Below are positions 11,125 through 22,500 of a stretch of DNA of 64,000 nt, one piece after another; position 1 is the first letter of the stretch, and each line of letters starts with the position of its first letter. Both the position numbers and the translations under genes were made by a program. Source of the DNA: Bilabrum cf. latius (taxonomy: Eukaryota); assembly GCA_965178125.1 (NCBI GenBank), contig OZ237755.1:310001-374000 (forward strand). The letters run 5' to 3'. Under the pieces are notes generated by a model. That model did no database searches. It saw only the letters and a list, made by a program, of their open reading frames with translations, and was not told the origin of the DNA.

Positions 11125-13168
11125 ATGCAGCGAGTAATTAGGGGCTTGTTCCGTTCCAGGCCTTTTGTGAGGACTGTAACTGGCAGCAGGAGGATGTAGG
11201 GCTGGAACGCGCAGTTTTCCTCTTCGGCTCGATCCAGTGCTGGAACCAGGCACACCTGTCCGTACGGGGACCTGCCTTCGATGCCCACAGCATCTCTTCC
11301 GGATTATATTCTTGAAGTGAGCATAGTGCGGTCATCTTCTCTCCCGCGCGTTCTGCTCTGACGGCCGTAACGTGGGTGGGATCCAGGTTTGCCGGAAAGT
11401 GCAACCCACAAAGATCGTGGCAGGCCGTAAGCCGGTACTGGCCACATGATTACAGCTCCCAGGCGGATTTGGTGTTCATTTTTCTGTGTTTGCATGAGCA
11501 GGAAGCGAAATAGCGCGGTTCGAAGCCCGCCCTTGTCTGCGGAGTATCGTGAGGCTGATGCTGTCGCTCCAGCGGTGCACATTCCCGTGTTCGCGAGGTA
11601 TTCGCCGCAAGTTTTGGCGCACTAGTACTAGCATCGCTACCACGTCTCGCAGGGGTAAAACAGTCACGTACGGCGAGATGCCTGGGTCGGTTCGCAGCGT
11701 AGCGTCCTAGCTGGCCCAACTTGGCGTGTCCTCGGGTGATGTCGTTGGCCTCCAGATGCCCAACAGCCCCGAATTCGTGATTGCATTTCACGCTATCACG
11801 TCCTTGGGAGCCACGTGCACGACGATTAGCTCGCAGTACACCGGGACGGAGATCGCCTTCCAGCTCAAGGAGAGCGGCGCGGGCCTGTTCCTGACGTCCC
11901 CCGTGTTCGAGGAACAAGCCAGGGCGGGGGCCGAGCACGCCGGGCTGGGCGCGGACAAGGTGTGTGTGATTGGCGGCAAGGAAGGCACTGACCCGGTCAC
12001 GGAAGGCATGGCGGACTGGAGCGCGCACGACGGAGACGCGGGAACGCCGATCGCGGTGGACGGCGCCATCAAGGACCCGGCCACCGCCGTGTGCGCGCTT
12101 CCCTTTTCCAGCGGAACCACAGGCATGCCCAAGGGCACCATGCTGACGCACTTGAACATCGCCGCCAACACGGCGCAGATCGTGGAGCACGCGACCCACA
12201 ACCTTGACATGACCGAGCAGGACAAGGTGCTCGGCCTCCTGCCGCTCTACCACATCTACGGCCTCACCGTGCTGGTCAATGCGGCGCTCCGAGTGGGCGC
12301 TACAGTGGTGACCCTCCCGAAATTCGACCCCGCCATGTTCCTTGGCGCCATCGGGCAGCACAAGCTGTCCTGGCTGCCTCTCGTGCCCCCCATCGTCCTC
12401 TTCCTGGCCAAGCATCCCACCGCGGCTGCAGCCGATCTCAGCAGCGTGCGAGTCATCTTCAGCGGCGCTGCGCCCCTGAGCGGGGAGCTGCAGCAGGCGG
12501 CCGAGCAGCGGCTGCAGGGCACCTCGGTGAGGCAGGGGTGGGGCGCCACTGAGATCGCACCGGTTGGAACCATCACGAGCGGGAGATCGCAGAAGGCTGG
12601 CACCACGGGGCAGCTCGTGCCCAACTGCTCCGCCTTTGTGCTGGGCGATGACGGGCAGCCGTTGGAGGGATACGGCTCGGGTGCGACGGGCGAGATCGCG
12701 ATCACCGGCCCCAACATGATGACCGGGTACCTGGGCCGGCCCCTGGACGACCCCGAGACGTTCTTCGTGCATGACGGCACCAAGTACTGGCGCACCGGAG
12801 ACATCGGGTACTTTGACGAAGACGGGCACATGCGGATCGTGGACCGCGCCAAGGAGCTCATCAAGGTCAAGGGCATGCAGGTGGCGCCCGCGGAGCTCGA
12901 GGGGGCGCTTCTGACCCACACCGAGATCGCGGACTGCGCCGTCGTGCCCATCCCGGACGAGAGGGCGGGGGAGCTCCCCAAGGCGTTCGTTGTGCGCGCC
13001 GACACGGACGCGGGCAAGGCCCTGACGGAGGATGCCGTCAAGCACTTCGTGGACGGCATCGTGGCGGAGTACAAGCGCATCGCCGAGGTAGAGTTCATCG
13101 ATGAGATCCCCAAGAGCGCGGCCGGGAAGATCCTCCGCCGGGTGCTGCGGGACAAGCCGAGGCAGTGA
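11125..13168 (+). CDS. 4-coumarate-CoA ligase/luciferase-like acyl-CoA synthetase with a mitochondrial-type presequence
   Basis: Exons 11125-11316, 11502-11548 and 11653-13168. TAGs at 11197, 11511 and 11708. Motifs PFSSGTTGMPKG, QGWGATE, RTGDIG, DRAKELIKVKG, PKSAAGKILRR. Confidence 0.88.
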
Positions 13169-13453
13169 GTTGCCTGCGGGCGACGCTGAGTGGGCTGCGA
13201 CTGGCTGCCCGGGCCAGATGGCGGATGGATGCCAAGATTCTCACGGATGGCTGGAATCGGAGTCGAGCATCCAGCGTGCGTGTCAATGCATTGATTGGTC
13301 TTGGACATGACGAACATGGTAATTCAAAGGTGACGTTTGGTACAAGCGCAAGACACCGGCTGGTGCAACCACTTCACAACGGACCGTCTGAAGCAAGAAG
13401 CCTCCGAGCCTTTTTGATCCATTGCCCTCAAGGAGCTGCTATTGTTAGGCTCT

Positions 13454-16123
13454 TCACAGAGCTTTGAGCTGGTCCAGCAGAGCACTCGCTGCCTGCTCAG
13501 TCTTGTGGCGGTTGGCTGCCTCGAGCTGCTGGGCCTTGGTCTGCTCCTCGTCGAGGGCCTGCATCCTCTTGCGCGCGCTGATCAGCTCGTCCTCCTCCCT
13601 GTCCATGTCCGCCAGGTAGCGCCGCACCAGCGTCGAGGACTGATGCTCGTTCAGGCTTTTTAGGTTATCTCGAAGACGTTTCTGGTTCGAGAAGATGACG
13701 GTGCGCTGTTCCTCGAGCTGTCGCATCTGCCGGCGCTTCTCTGACAGCGTCTGCTCGATCTCAGAGGTGCGCTTGGCGAGGTTCAGCAGCTCTTGCAGCT
13801 TGCCAGCGAACGGCTGGTTGTCCGATGCAGCCACGGTCGCGGCCATCTCCAGCTTGTCTCGGGCCGCAGCAGACCCAAAGCCCCTGTAGGATTGCACAGA
13901 CCTAACCGCGTTCTGGCACTTCTTGATGCGGACCAGGTAGTGGAGGCGCGCGTGGAGCTCTGCGTCGAGCACACCGGCGGACTGCAGGGCGGGCGCCTCA
14001 TCGCGCAGGAACGACTCGATCTCGCCCGTGTCGGCAAGCACGCGCTGGTAGGTGGCCTGCTCCTCCACTTGCAGCTGCTTCTCCTCTGAGGGTGCCAGGG
14101 ACAGCTCGAAGCGGCCGAACCCAGTGACGGCCTTCACGCAGCCCTCCTTGGTAGTGATCTGGTACCCTCCGTGCTGGCTCTTGGCCGAGTGATCCACGTA
14201 GAACTTGGGCACGGCGCGAGTGCCGCTGTTGTTTACGATGGTGTAGACGGTGGTGATAGTCTTCTTGTGCGTGATCTTGCACCCGACGACCCTGCTGCGT
14301 GCCTCCGTGACGGCCGTTGCCACGGGCGACAGGGAAATTACGGTGTTGGTCTGCTTGTCCTTGGGCGTGCTCCGAAGCACACTCACGGTAGAATCCTCGC
14401 CGTACGGCACCAGCGTGTCATCGCCGGGGATCATGGGTGTGAAGTCGGTCTGCCCGACGAACCTGCCGTTCTGCAGCACCGAGATGGAGCCGGGGGCCAG
14501 CACCATGTCCGTGGTGTTGCGCAGGTGCACGCACCGCAGGGCGTTCACCTCGTTCTCCTTGGGGTCGTACACGAGCACGGGCTCCCCACCGATGGGGGTC
14601 TGCGCGATCTGCACCAGCGCTGACTCCATGGCGGGAATCGTCACCGGGGTGTCTACGTCATACACGACGTGCTCTCCCAGCCCGCTCATTTGCGACATGT
14701 CCAGCGCCTCGAACTCCTCCTCTGCGTCAGCGCCTGCGGCCCCGCTCGAGCCGGCGCCGGAGGCGGCTGCCTTCGGGGCACCCCTTAGGCGCAGCACCAG
14801 GTGCAGGGTTGACTCCTTCTGGATGTTGTAGTCCGCCAGAGTGCGGCCGGCCTCCAGCTGCTTCCCTGCGAAAATCAACCGCTGCTGGTCCGGGGGGATG
14901 CCCTCCTTGTCCTGGATCTTCTGCTTCACATTCTCGATCGAGTCAGACGGGTCCACATCGATGGTGATGGTCTTTCCCGTCAGCGTCTTGATAAAGATCT
15001 GCATGCCGCCGCCACCGCCGCCGCCGCGGCTCCGGCTCGAGCTGCTCTCTGTGGCGACCCCCCCGCTGCCACTTGTATTGCCGGTCGCGCCCTGGCGAGC
15101 AGCTGGGGAGAGTTTCTTGAGTATGTCCAGCTGGTTCGCCACGAGGGACAAGCGAACGTTTTCCCAGGGCTCCGAGGAGTGGTTCCGGAGCTGGCCGAGG
15201 ACGGTCAGGCGCACGCCGCCAACGCTCGAGGCGGCGCCGCTCGCAGCACCTCCAGAGGACGCGGTCCCGTCGGAAAGCTCAAGCCTGTACGAGCATTTCC
15301 AGGTCCGCGACGGCGCCAGGTACGATACCTGCAGCTGGTGAGCGTCCTGTGATGCACCCGGCTCATCTTGGCACTTGAACGCGAGAACTGCGGTGTTGGA
15401 ATCGCCAGTCTCGACCGGTTTCTTTTCCTGCGATATGTATGAGTAAACATTACTAGTTACACAATACTTACGCTGATTTTTATTTAGTAGGGCCGCGGAA
15501 AAGGTCCATGCCGGCCAAGATCGCAACCCAACCAATGCCTGAGAACGGAGCTGTTCCCGACATTCTGTGGAAAGCATGTCCCGGCTTTGGCCGTATTGAC
15601 TCACTTCAACTACTTGAGCCAAAGATTTTTGGAGCTGGGCCTTGATGTAAGGGTCCTCGACGGAGCAAGCGACGACCCCGTCTAGATCAACTCGCTGGCA
15701 GACTCCTCCACCGTCGAGGATGATGGCCGCAGAATAGACCGTGCGGGTACCCCTGTCAGTACCAGGAATTGCCTCTTCAGTCTGCTCTACAGAAAGCAGA
15801 TTTCCAGTCACCTCGCGCTCTCTTGTGGTGAGCTTGATTTGTGCACCGGTGAGACCGGAGAGGAAGCCGCCGAGCCCAACTCCCGGGCCTTTGTGGAAAG
15901 GAAAAGTAGGCTTTTTTACTTTCTTTTGCGTGGCAGGATCGAATGACATCGACACTGGGCGCTCACACGACAGCGAAATCGTCTGTGTCGTGAGGTCCTT
16001 GGCGCTCGCGGGGATCTTCAGCACGGCCGTGGAGCCCGGCGCAAGCGCTCCCTCTCTTTCGAGGAAGCACAGATCATTCTTGTACAACGTTACCCTCTTA
16101 ATGTTCAGGCTAGCCACGCTCAT
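13454..16123 (-). CDS. DUF4140/DUF4139-like protein with an internal ubiquitin domain and C-terminal coiled coil
   Basis: ATG 16123 ([10 protein letters not shown]), likely in-frame intron 15428-15604. Motifs SYL...[44 protein letters not shown]. Ubiquitin at 14777-15004. TGA stop. Confidence 0.75.
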   Translation of the reverse strand: MSVASLNIKRVTLYKNDLCFLEREGALAPGSTAVLKIPASAKDLTTQTISLSCERPVSMSFDPATQKKVKKPTFPFHKGPGVGLGGFLSGLTGAQIKLTTREREVTGNLLSVEQTEEAIPGTDRGTRTVYSAAIILDGGGVCQRVDLDGVVACSVEDPYIKAQLQKSLAQVVEVSQYGQSRDMLSTECREQLRSQALVGLRSWPAWTFSAALLNKNQRKYCVTSNVYSYISQEKKPVETGDSNTAVLAFKCQDEPGASQDAHQLQVSYLAPSRTWKCSYRLELSDGTASSGGAASGAASSVGGVRLTVLGQLRNHSSEPWENVRLSLVANQLDILKKLSPAARQGATGNTSGSGGVATESSSSRSRGGGGGGGMQIFIKTLTGKTITIDVDPSDSIENVKQKIQDKEGIPPDQQRLIFAGKQLEAGRTLADYNIQKESTLHLVLRLRGAPKAAASGAGSSGAAGADAEEEFEALDMSQMSGLGEHVVYDVDTPVTIPAMESALVQIAQTPIGGEPVLVYDPKENEVNALRCVHLRNTTDMVLAPGSISVLQNGRFVGQTDFTPMIPGDDTLVPYGEDSTVSVLRSTPKDKQTNTVISLSPVATAVTEARSRVVGCKITHKKTITTVYTIVNNSGTRAVPKFYVDHSAKSQHGGYQITTKEGCVKAVTGFGRFELSLAPSEEKQLQVEEQATYQRVLADTGEIESFLRDEAPALQSAGVLDAELHARLHYLVRIKKCQNAVRSVQSYRGFGSAAARDKLEMAATVAASDNQPFAGKLQELLNLAKRTSEIEQTLSEKRRQMRQLEEQRTVIFSNQKRLRDNLKSLNEHQSSTLVRRYLADMDREEDELISARKRMQALDEEQTKAQQLEAANRHKTEQAASALLDQLKAL
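14777..15004 (-). other. Embedded ubiquitin domain (76 aa) ending LRLRGA
   Basis: [76 protein letters not shown]. Confidence 0.97.
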
Positions 16124-16356
16124 ACTTAACGCCGCCTTCTTTGTGACCTGGTTTGCGTGCAACCCTGCTCGCGCGCGTGCCTCCCCCAGTGTTGGGCGGT
16201 CGCTCCGATCGGATCTGCCAGTGCTTGACTGTGGTTCGTGGCCAGGATTCTGCGGGTGGTCGCTTGGTTGCTGCTGCGTGCAGCGACGCTTGACTTTGGA
16301 AAGATGCACTCAAGACACGGTATGCTGAACTGCTGCAAAGCTCGGTCCCCCGATAC

Positions 16357-18955
16357 TCACCGCGTGGCAGCGACCTCGAAAGAGGTGCTGGCCACCGCGT
16401 CCTGCACGCTGCTCCCAATGAAAGCAGCGTACGTGCCAGGCACCACAGCCCATTGCTCCCTTGAGGGATCGTACACGGACACATCGCGCTCGTCCATCTG
16501 CAACTTGATCGTCTCGGATTGTCCCTGCTTCAAGAAAGCCCGGCCGAACTGCTTGAGGACCTTGTCGGGTTCGCCCGCAGACGACGGGAACGTCAGGTAC
16601 AGGCCCACCACGGCGTACGCATCGCGCTTTCCCGTGTTGGTCACGCTCACTTGAGCAGCGAGGCTCTTGCCATCCACATGGAACCCATCGTACTTGAACG
16701 TGGTGTACGTCATCCCAAAGCCAAACGGATACCTAGGCTTGGTGCCAGTGGCTGTGTACCACCTATATCCTATGAGCAGCTTTTCGGAATACTCTTCCTG
16801 ATTATCCACACCGGGGTACTGCTTCTCGGTGAACCCGATCTCGTTGTTCGAGTTGGGGATTGTCAGCAGCAGGCGGCCAGACGGCGCATAGGCTCCGAAG
16901 AGAAGGTCTGCGATCGCGTTGCCGCCCTCTTGCCCCGGCAGCCAGGCGGTCAGCAACGCCTTCGCGTCGTAGGGCATGAGGAACGCTCCCGGCGAGATCA
17001 CCACCGCGATCGTGTTGGGGTTGCCTTTGAGCGCGCTGGGCAGGAGCGAGTCGATGTCGGGCAGGTCCAGGTTCTCCCTGTCCGCGCCCTCGTGTGAAGT
17101 GGTGGCAAGGACCACGATGGCGATGTCCGCGGATCGGGCCGCGGCCTCTACGGCCGCCGGGTCGGTTCCGTTGTAGTAGCTCACATGTGCAGAGGTTCCA
17201 TCGGTGCCTGCCTGCAGCAGGCGGGGGTAACCGGAGCTGGCTGCCTGCCGCGCTGCCTCTGTGCCTAGGTCGAGCATGGACCGGCGGGCGGCGGCACTTT
17301 GGCCCTCCCCGGCACCCGCAACCGCGTTCAAGATTCCGTCCAGCACAGTCACGACGTAGTACGGTACCACGCTACCGCTGCCACCCCCGCCAGAGATGGG
17401 TTTGGCGTGCGCAGCCGGTCCGATCACTGCAATGGAGGTCTGGCCCTTGGCTACAGCAGCGGCGTCAAGCGGCAGGACATCGTCCTCATTTCTCAACAAA
17501 ACAGAAGACTCCCGAGCCAGCTTGCGCGCCAGCTGGTTCCTCTCGGGGCTGGTTGTGTTCTTCGATGCGTCGTGCTTCTTGGGGTTGTCCATGGCACCGA
17601 TCGTGTACATGGCAGTGAGGACTCGCAGCACCTTGGTGTCAATGACGGACATGGGCACCTTCCCCGACTGCAGGGCCTGCTTGAGCGGCTCTCCGAAGTA
17701 GTTGGGGCGCACTTTGTCGCTCGCGCAGATGAGCGGGTCCTCATTCGACGGTTGCACGCACCCTGGCATCTGGATGTCTAGTCCCCCGAGGGCAGCTCCG
17801 ACCGTGGATTGCGTCCCGCGGTAATCAGACAGGACAAACCCCGTCCAGTTGAGCTTCTGGTGGAGCAGGTAGTTGATGTCGTGGGAGTTCTGGCAGGAGA
17901 ACTCCTGGTTGACTCGGTTGTTCGAGCACATGAACGAAAAGGTGCCTGCCTCGATCGCGCCTTCGTAGGGTCTGAGATAAACCTCAACCAAAGTGCGCTC
18001 GTCTACGTTGGCCGAGACGTTGTGCCTGTTGTTCTCCTGGTTATTTGCGATGTAGTGCTTGCTGCGAAGATTGAACAGGGAGGAGCACGACAGGCACAAC
18101 GATTCCGAGTCGACCAACGCCGACGAGCGCACTTAGGTCGAGGCAGGGCTATAAGGCGGGAAGACGATCGAAGTACTACATATAATATATAGTATCGATA
18201 GTATCCTAATTTACGGGCGGTCGTGTAGGATCGGTTGAGGAGGATACAAGCTCCGCTCACACATTCGCCATCACATTGTGCTGCTGAATTCCCTTAACCA
18301 CAGGCTGCACCATTATGTACCCGAATTTTGGCTCCTCTCCGCTTAAATATTCAAAATTACGACCGCCTTGCGGTATTCTATGAACGTTGACGGCTGGGCC
18401 GAATTGCATGTCACAGCCTTTCTCCGCGAACTCCCCCCCCATCGCGTCGCCGAATGCTTCCATGTTATCCACCGACCACGCTGACGCCACTGACATGCCA
18501 CTTGGCCACTACGTAGAGGTGCCTGCCGGTCCACGGAAGCCTTCAGGCCCATCATTCATTGACATACCTACGGAAACAGAACGGATCGGCTAGATGTGCA
18601 CGCAGCGGCGTACGAATCGCTGCCTTGGTTGCACTTGATGCACCTGCCTTCGATTTTGCAATGCGTGTATCTCTTCCCTCAAGAACCCGATGTCAGTTTA
18701 GATCGTTCATATTAAATCGAAATGCACCGAATTTCCAACTACTTGGTGCACGAAAGGATCGTCCTTGCTCTCACCTGGAAAGCCCAGTCTATCGTTTGGA
18801 ACAAGCCAGCCAACGTATCCCGGTCCACTTCCATTGCCATGAACCATTGCAATCTTCTCATCGAGGGTCATCTTGGAAAGGTACTCCCTTGCACGTTCCG
18901 CTGGCGAAACTGCAACTGCGATTCCGAAAGCAGTCCACACCGCAGGAATCCACAT
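16357..18955 (-). CDS. Secreted GH3 beta-glucosidase
   Basis: Signal peptide, MTLDEK. Introns 18568-18774 and 18062-18260. DGPEGFR, ST-TAG(18509)-WPSG, GGRNFEYLSGE, KHY, MCS, GFVLSDY nucleophile, GYRWY, FnIII-like C-terminus. TGA stop. Confidence 0.93.
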
Positions 18956-19164
18956 GACTACAAGCCTGATAGTATCAGACTAACTACAGCAAACCAGTAT
19001 ACGCCAGCAATTACGGGGATTGAGTCTCTGTGGAGCAAGGCTTGGCGTGACGCGTTGCAGCAAAAAATTTGGTATATCGTCAAAGCACACGGTACCAGGT
19101 AACACCTAGGCCAGATTTACCCTACAAATTATTCTAGTATTCTGGTATTCCAGAAGGCTGAGCC

Positions 19165-22100
19165 TCAAATAGATGCTTCACACGTGCAGGTCGCGCCTCC
19201 AGCCCCCCCTGGCTGGCACCGAATCACCATCGGGCAGTCTACATCGGGCAGCATTGGGTCGCGCGCCCACATGGCGGGCAGGGTGCCCGCGGAGGGAGAG
19301 CATGCAGCAGTGCACTGCACCTGCACGCCCACGGTACCGTTGCTCGCCATGACCTCATAGCCCCCCCGCCCATGCGCCCTGGCTGCACTCAGCAGACCCT
19401 CGGTGTCCTGCGGTGCCACCACCCGCATGCTGGCACTCTCCAGGGGTGACAGGCTCACGCCCACCTGCAGCTCGTGGGCGCTCGCTGCTATAGACTGCAC
19501 CCTGCGACTGGAGGCAGCCGCGATCTTGCCCGTCTCGCCCAGGTACACCCACCCACCGTCCAGCACGGGCGCGGCTGCGAAATACCTGTGGTTGAGGAGC
19601 GCTGGGTCAGCGGGCGCGGGGCACGACGGCAGGACCAGGGGATTGTCCTCGGTGACGACGTGCAGGGACACGGGAGAAGGTGCCGCTGCTGCAGGCGCGG
19701 CGTTCATGGCGGCCCACGCATCCCAGGCCAAGAACTCGCCTTGCCCGCCCCCAGCGCTCGAGTCGCCGTGGGGCTGCAGCTCGGAGAGTCCCAGGGCGGT
19801 GGCGTTGTCGAGGTTCACGCCGAGGACGTACGTGTGCCTGGCGGTTCCGGCTCCAGCGGCACCGTCGAGGGCAATGTCAGAGTAGGTGGACCACACCATC
19901 ACAGGGTCAATGCCCTTGCCTTTCTCCAGGGCATTCCTGGTCTCGGTCAGCAGTGCGGTGTCCGTGGCCACGAGAGGCTTGTCTCCCTTGAGCAGGACCC
20001 CGTCCTTGCGGCAGGTGCGCATCACCAGGCTGGCGTTGGTGCGGTACGGGGCATCGGAGGGGCCGTACGGGCCGCCAGCAAGGAGCGCAAACGTGTTCTG
20101 CAGGCCCACCTCGGGCTGGCTGCAGGAACCCTCCGAGCACCCGGACTGGTTGTTGGTGCTCCACACGTTGTCGCGGGAGGCGTACATGCCCACGGCTCGG
20201 ATCAGCATGGCGGAGTAGCCCAGGACCAGCCCGTTTGTCGCATCCGAGTGCGTGTTGTCGCGGGTGGCCCGCATGTTGGTGGCCCTTGGCATGCGGGTGG
20301 ATTCGAGGGCGTGGGCTGGGTTGCTCATGCACAGCTGCAGCGTCCAGTTGACCGCTGCTGCCTGCTGGCTCATGCCCTCGAGCCAGTCGGCGCCCTGACT
20401 CAGGTCGCTGTTGGTCAGGTTGGTCCTCTGGTTGATGCTGCACAGGAAGTCCTGCTCGAACATGATGCCCCTCGCCTTGGTCCCGTTCGCGAATATGTCC
20501 CTGTAGAACTCGCCCTTGCCCACGGGGATGGCCTGTCCCGCGGCGTCCCGGCGCCAGTCGTACCCATACCTTGCCCTGGCCTCCGTTGTGTTGTCGTAGA
20601 TGTTGTTTGCCATGTAGCCCGGGTTGTACAGCGACAGGGGGATGCCCATCCAGTCGGTCAGCCCGGACGGGAACACGTCCGGCCTCGGCCACCAGTAGGT
20701 CATTCCGTTGAAGTCGTGATCGGGCAGGTACATCCACCAGTCGTCCCACTGCACCGCTCGGAAGGGGAGATCCGCGGCCAGCCAGCCTCTCTTCTGGTCC
20801 AGATCTTGCTCCTGCATGTTGCTCCAGTTGGCCGGGTTGTGGTAGCCCCATGCACCTGCGTGACATGATTGAGTACGAGTGATGGCACTGTAGGAGCGGT
20901 GGGCGGTAGGCGCTGGGAGTGGGGGTGGGTGGGGGGTGCTCAAACGCGAACATCACAAAGCAGACCACCAGCACGCAGGGCTGATCACAATATACCCTTG
21001 GGCAGGTCAGGATCACGACAAACGCTCGGGCAGGGCAGCTCTCAGCTCTCAACTCTCACCGTGGTCCTGCCAGAACGTCAGCCGGGACAGCATAGGGTCT
21101 TCCGAATACGGGATCGGTTGCTTCCCGCTGATGGACATCAGCGCGGCGCCGTACTGCTCGAGGGTCCGCATGATGCCCTGCCCGCTCACAAATAGAGTCC
21201 CGTGCTGGAATCCAGGAGGCAGCTCCTTGTCCACAGAGGCGCGGATGCCCATGCCGAGCTGGCCCCCAACGGTGGTTTGGTCAGGTAGCAATACCTCTGA
21301 CCGGGAGTGCAGCGCCACGAGGAAGTTGTCCATGGGACCGAACACCACGGTACGGCCCTGCAAGTCGTGCACCGCCGAGGGCATTCCGTCGATCCCATCG
21401 CCGGCGATGTCTGGGTTGCCTGCCCACGTCACGTGGTTGGAGGCGCTCAGCTGGCACCCGGCGAACTAAACGATCCCTGCGGGCGATCCGGGCCCGGTAC
21501 TCGGCGTTTCCGCGTTACTCACAAGAGGGAATACCGCGATGGGAGAGTTGGTGGCGTCCTCAAAGGTGGTGTTGAGGGGCTTGAGGACTCCTACCGTGCG
21601 GCCGATTCGCGGGAAGAAGCCTGTCGCTCCGTTGATGAGGAAACAGTCTCCATCGTTGGGATCTCTCACCCACACTTCCACGTCTGCTTTCATGGCGGCG
21701 TCGCAGCATTCCCCGTCAGACTTAGTGCCCGATACTTTGCTAACAAGCTTCCCGTCGGACTGGTCCATATTTGGCAGGTACTGCAGACCGGGGCACTGGG
21801 CAGCTGCGGCGCCCTGCAGCGCTTCCTCCCGCGCCTTGCTGACATCAGATACGCTCAAGTCCCCGCTGAGCCGATTTCGGAGGGCCGCTACGTCAGAAGC
21901 AGGTGCTGCTGGCAAACCGTTGGGGTAGACCTGGACCAGAGCAAAGTGGTGGCGGTCGCTGTAGGTTCGGAAATGCGTCTCCAGAACCGTGCCATCAGCA
22001 GGAAGCTTAGAGACAAATTTCTACCAAGCTGCTTGATGCTTTACATCGCAGCCTGGTGCGCCGCGCTGCGAGCAAGCGGCAAGCAGCCGATCTTTGCTTG

Positions 22101-22380
22101 CTCCAAAAGCATGGATGATGGATGTATACGAGCCGATGGCGTCCGATCCAGAGCTGTAACTTGAGGACTGAATCTTTACAGATGCATTCAGCCTGGGAAT
22201 CGCTATCGATGGGTGCCCTCCAGACAGGAATGGCTCGTCGTCGTTTGTCGCGCCGAGGCTTAGACTCCACTCTCCATTGGATTCAACAGCAAGTGAGCCA
22301 GCAGTATCCAGGTTGCGTACCTCATGACCAAACACACAGAATACAGGCGCTAAAGCGGCAAGGGCGCCGATGCTGAGCAT
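19165..22380 (-). CDS. Secreted putative glycoside hydrolase (clan GH-D/GH36-like barrel) with a PAN/apple-like insert
   Basis: Signal peptide, TAGs at 22021 and 21466, intron 20856-21059. Motifs FWQDHGA, VQWDDWW, MFEQDFL, QLCM, RATRD, RDNVWS, GGPYGPSD, CRKDGVLLK. Cys-pattern segment at ~21640-21800. Confidence 0.6.
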
Positions 22381-22500
22381 GGAAAACAACTGTGTGATGT
22401 TGCTGCACCTCGCGTCGGACGGGTCGCATTTCCTCAGCTCATCTTTGATTCATGCACACCGACAAGCAGGGCCCTGCAGACGAACGGAGCATCCACGCAA

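Noticed and set aside
11450-13317. Long antisense/overlapping ORFs (e.g. 11450..13045, 12256..13317, 19474..20868, 43364..44320)
   Set aside because: They are shadow ORFs of GC-rich coding sequence on the opposite strand or frame, with no recognisable motifs.
15428-15604. 59-aa segment translated in the ORF track within the DUF4139-like gene
   Set aside because: It is AT-rich and bounded by GTGAGT...CGCAG, so most likely an in-frame intron.
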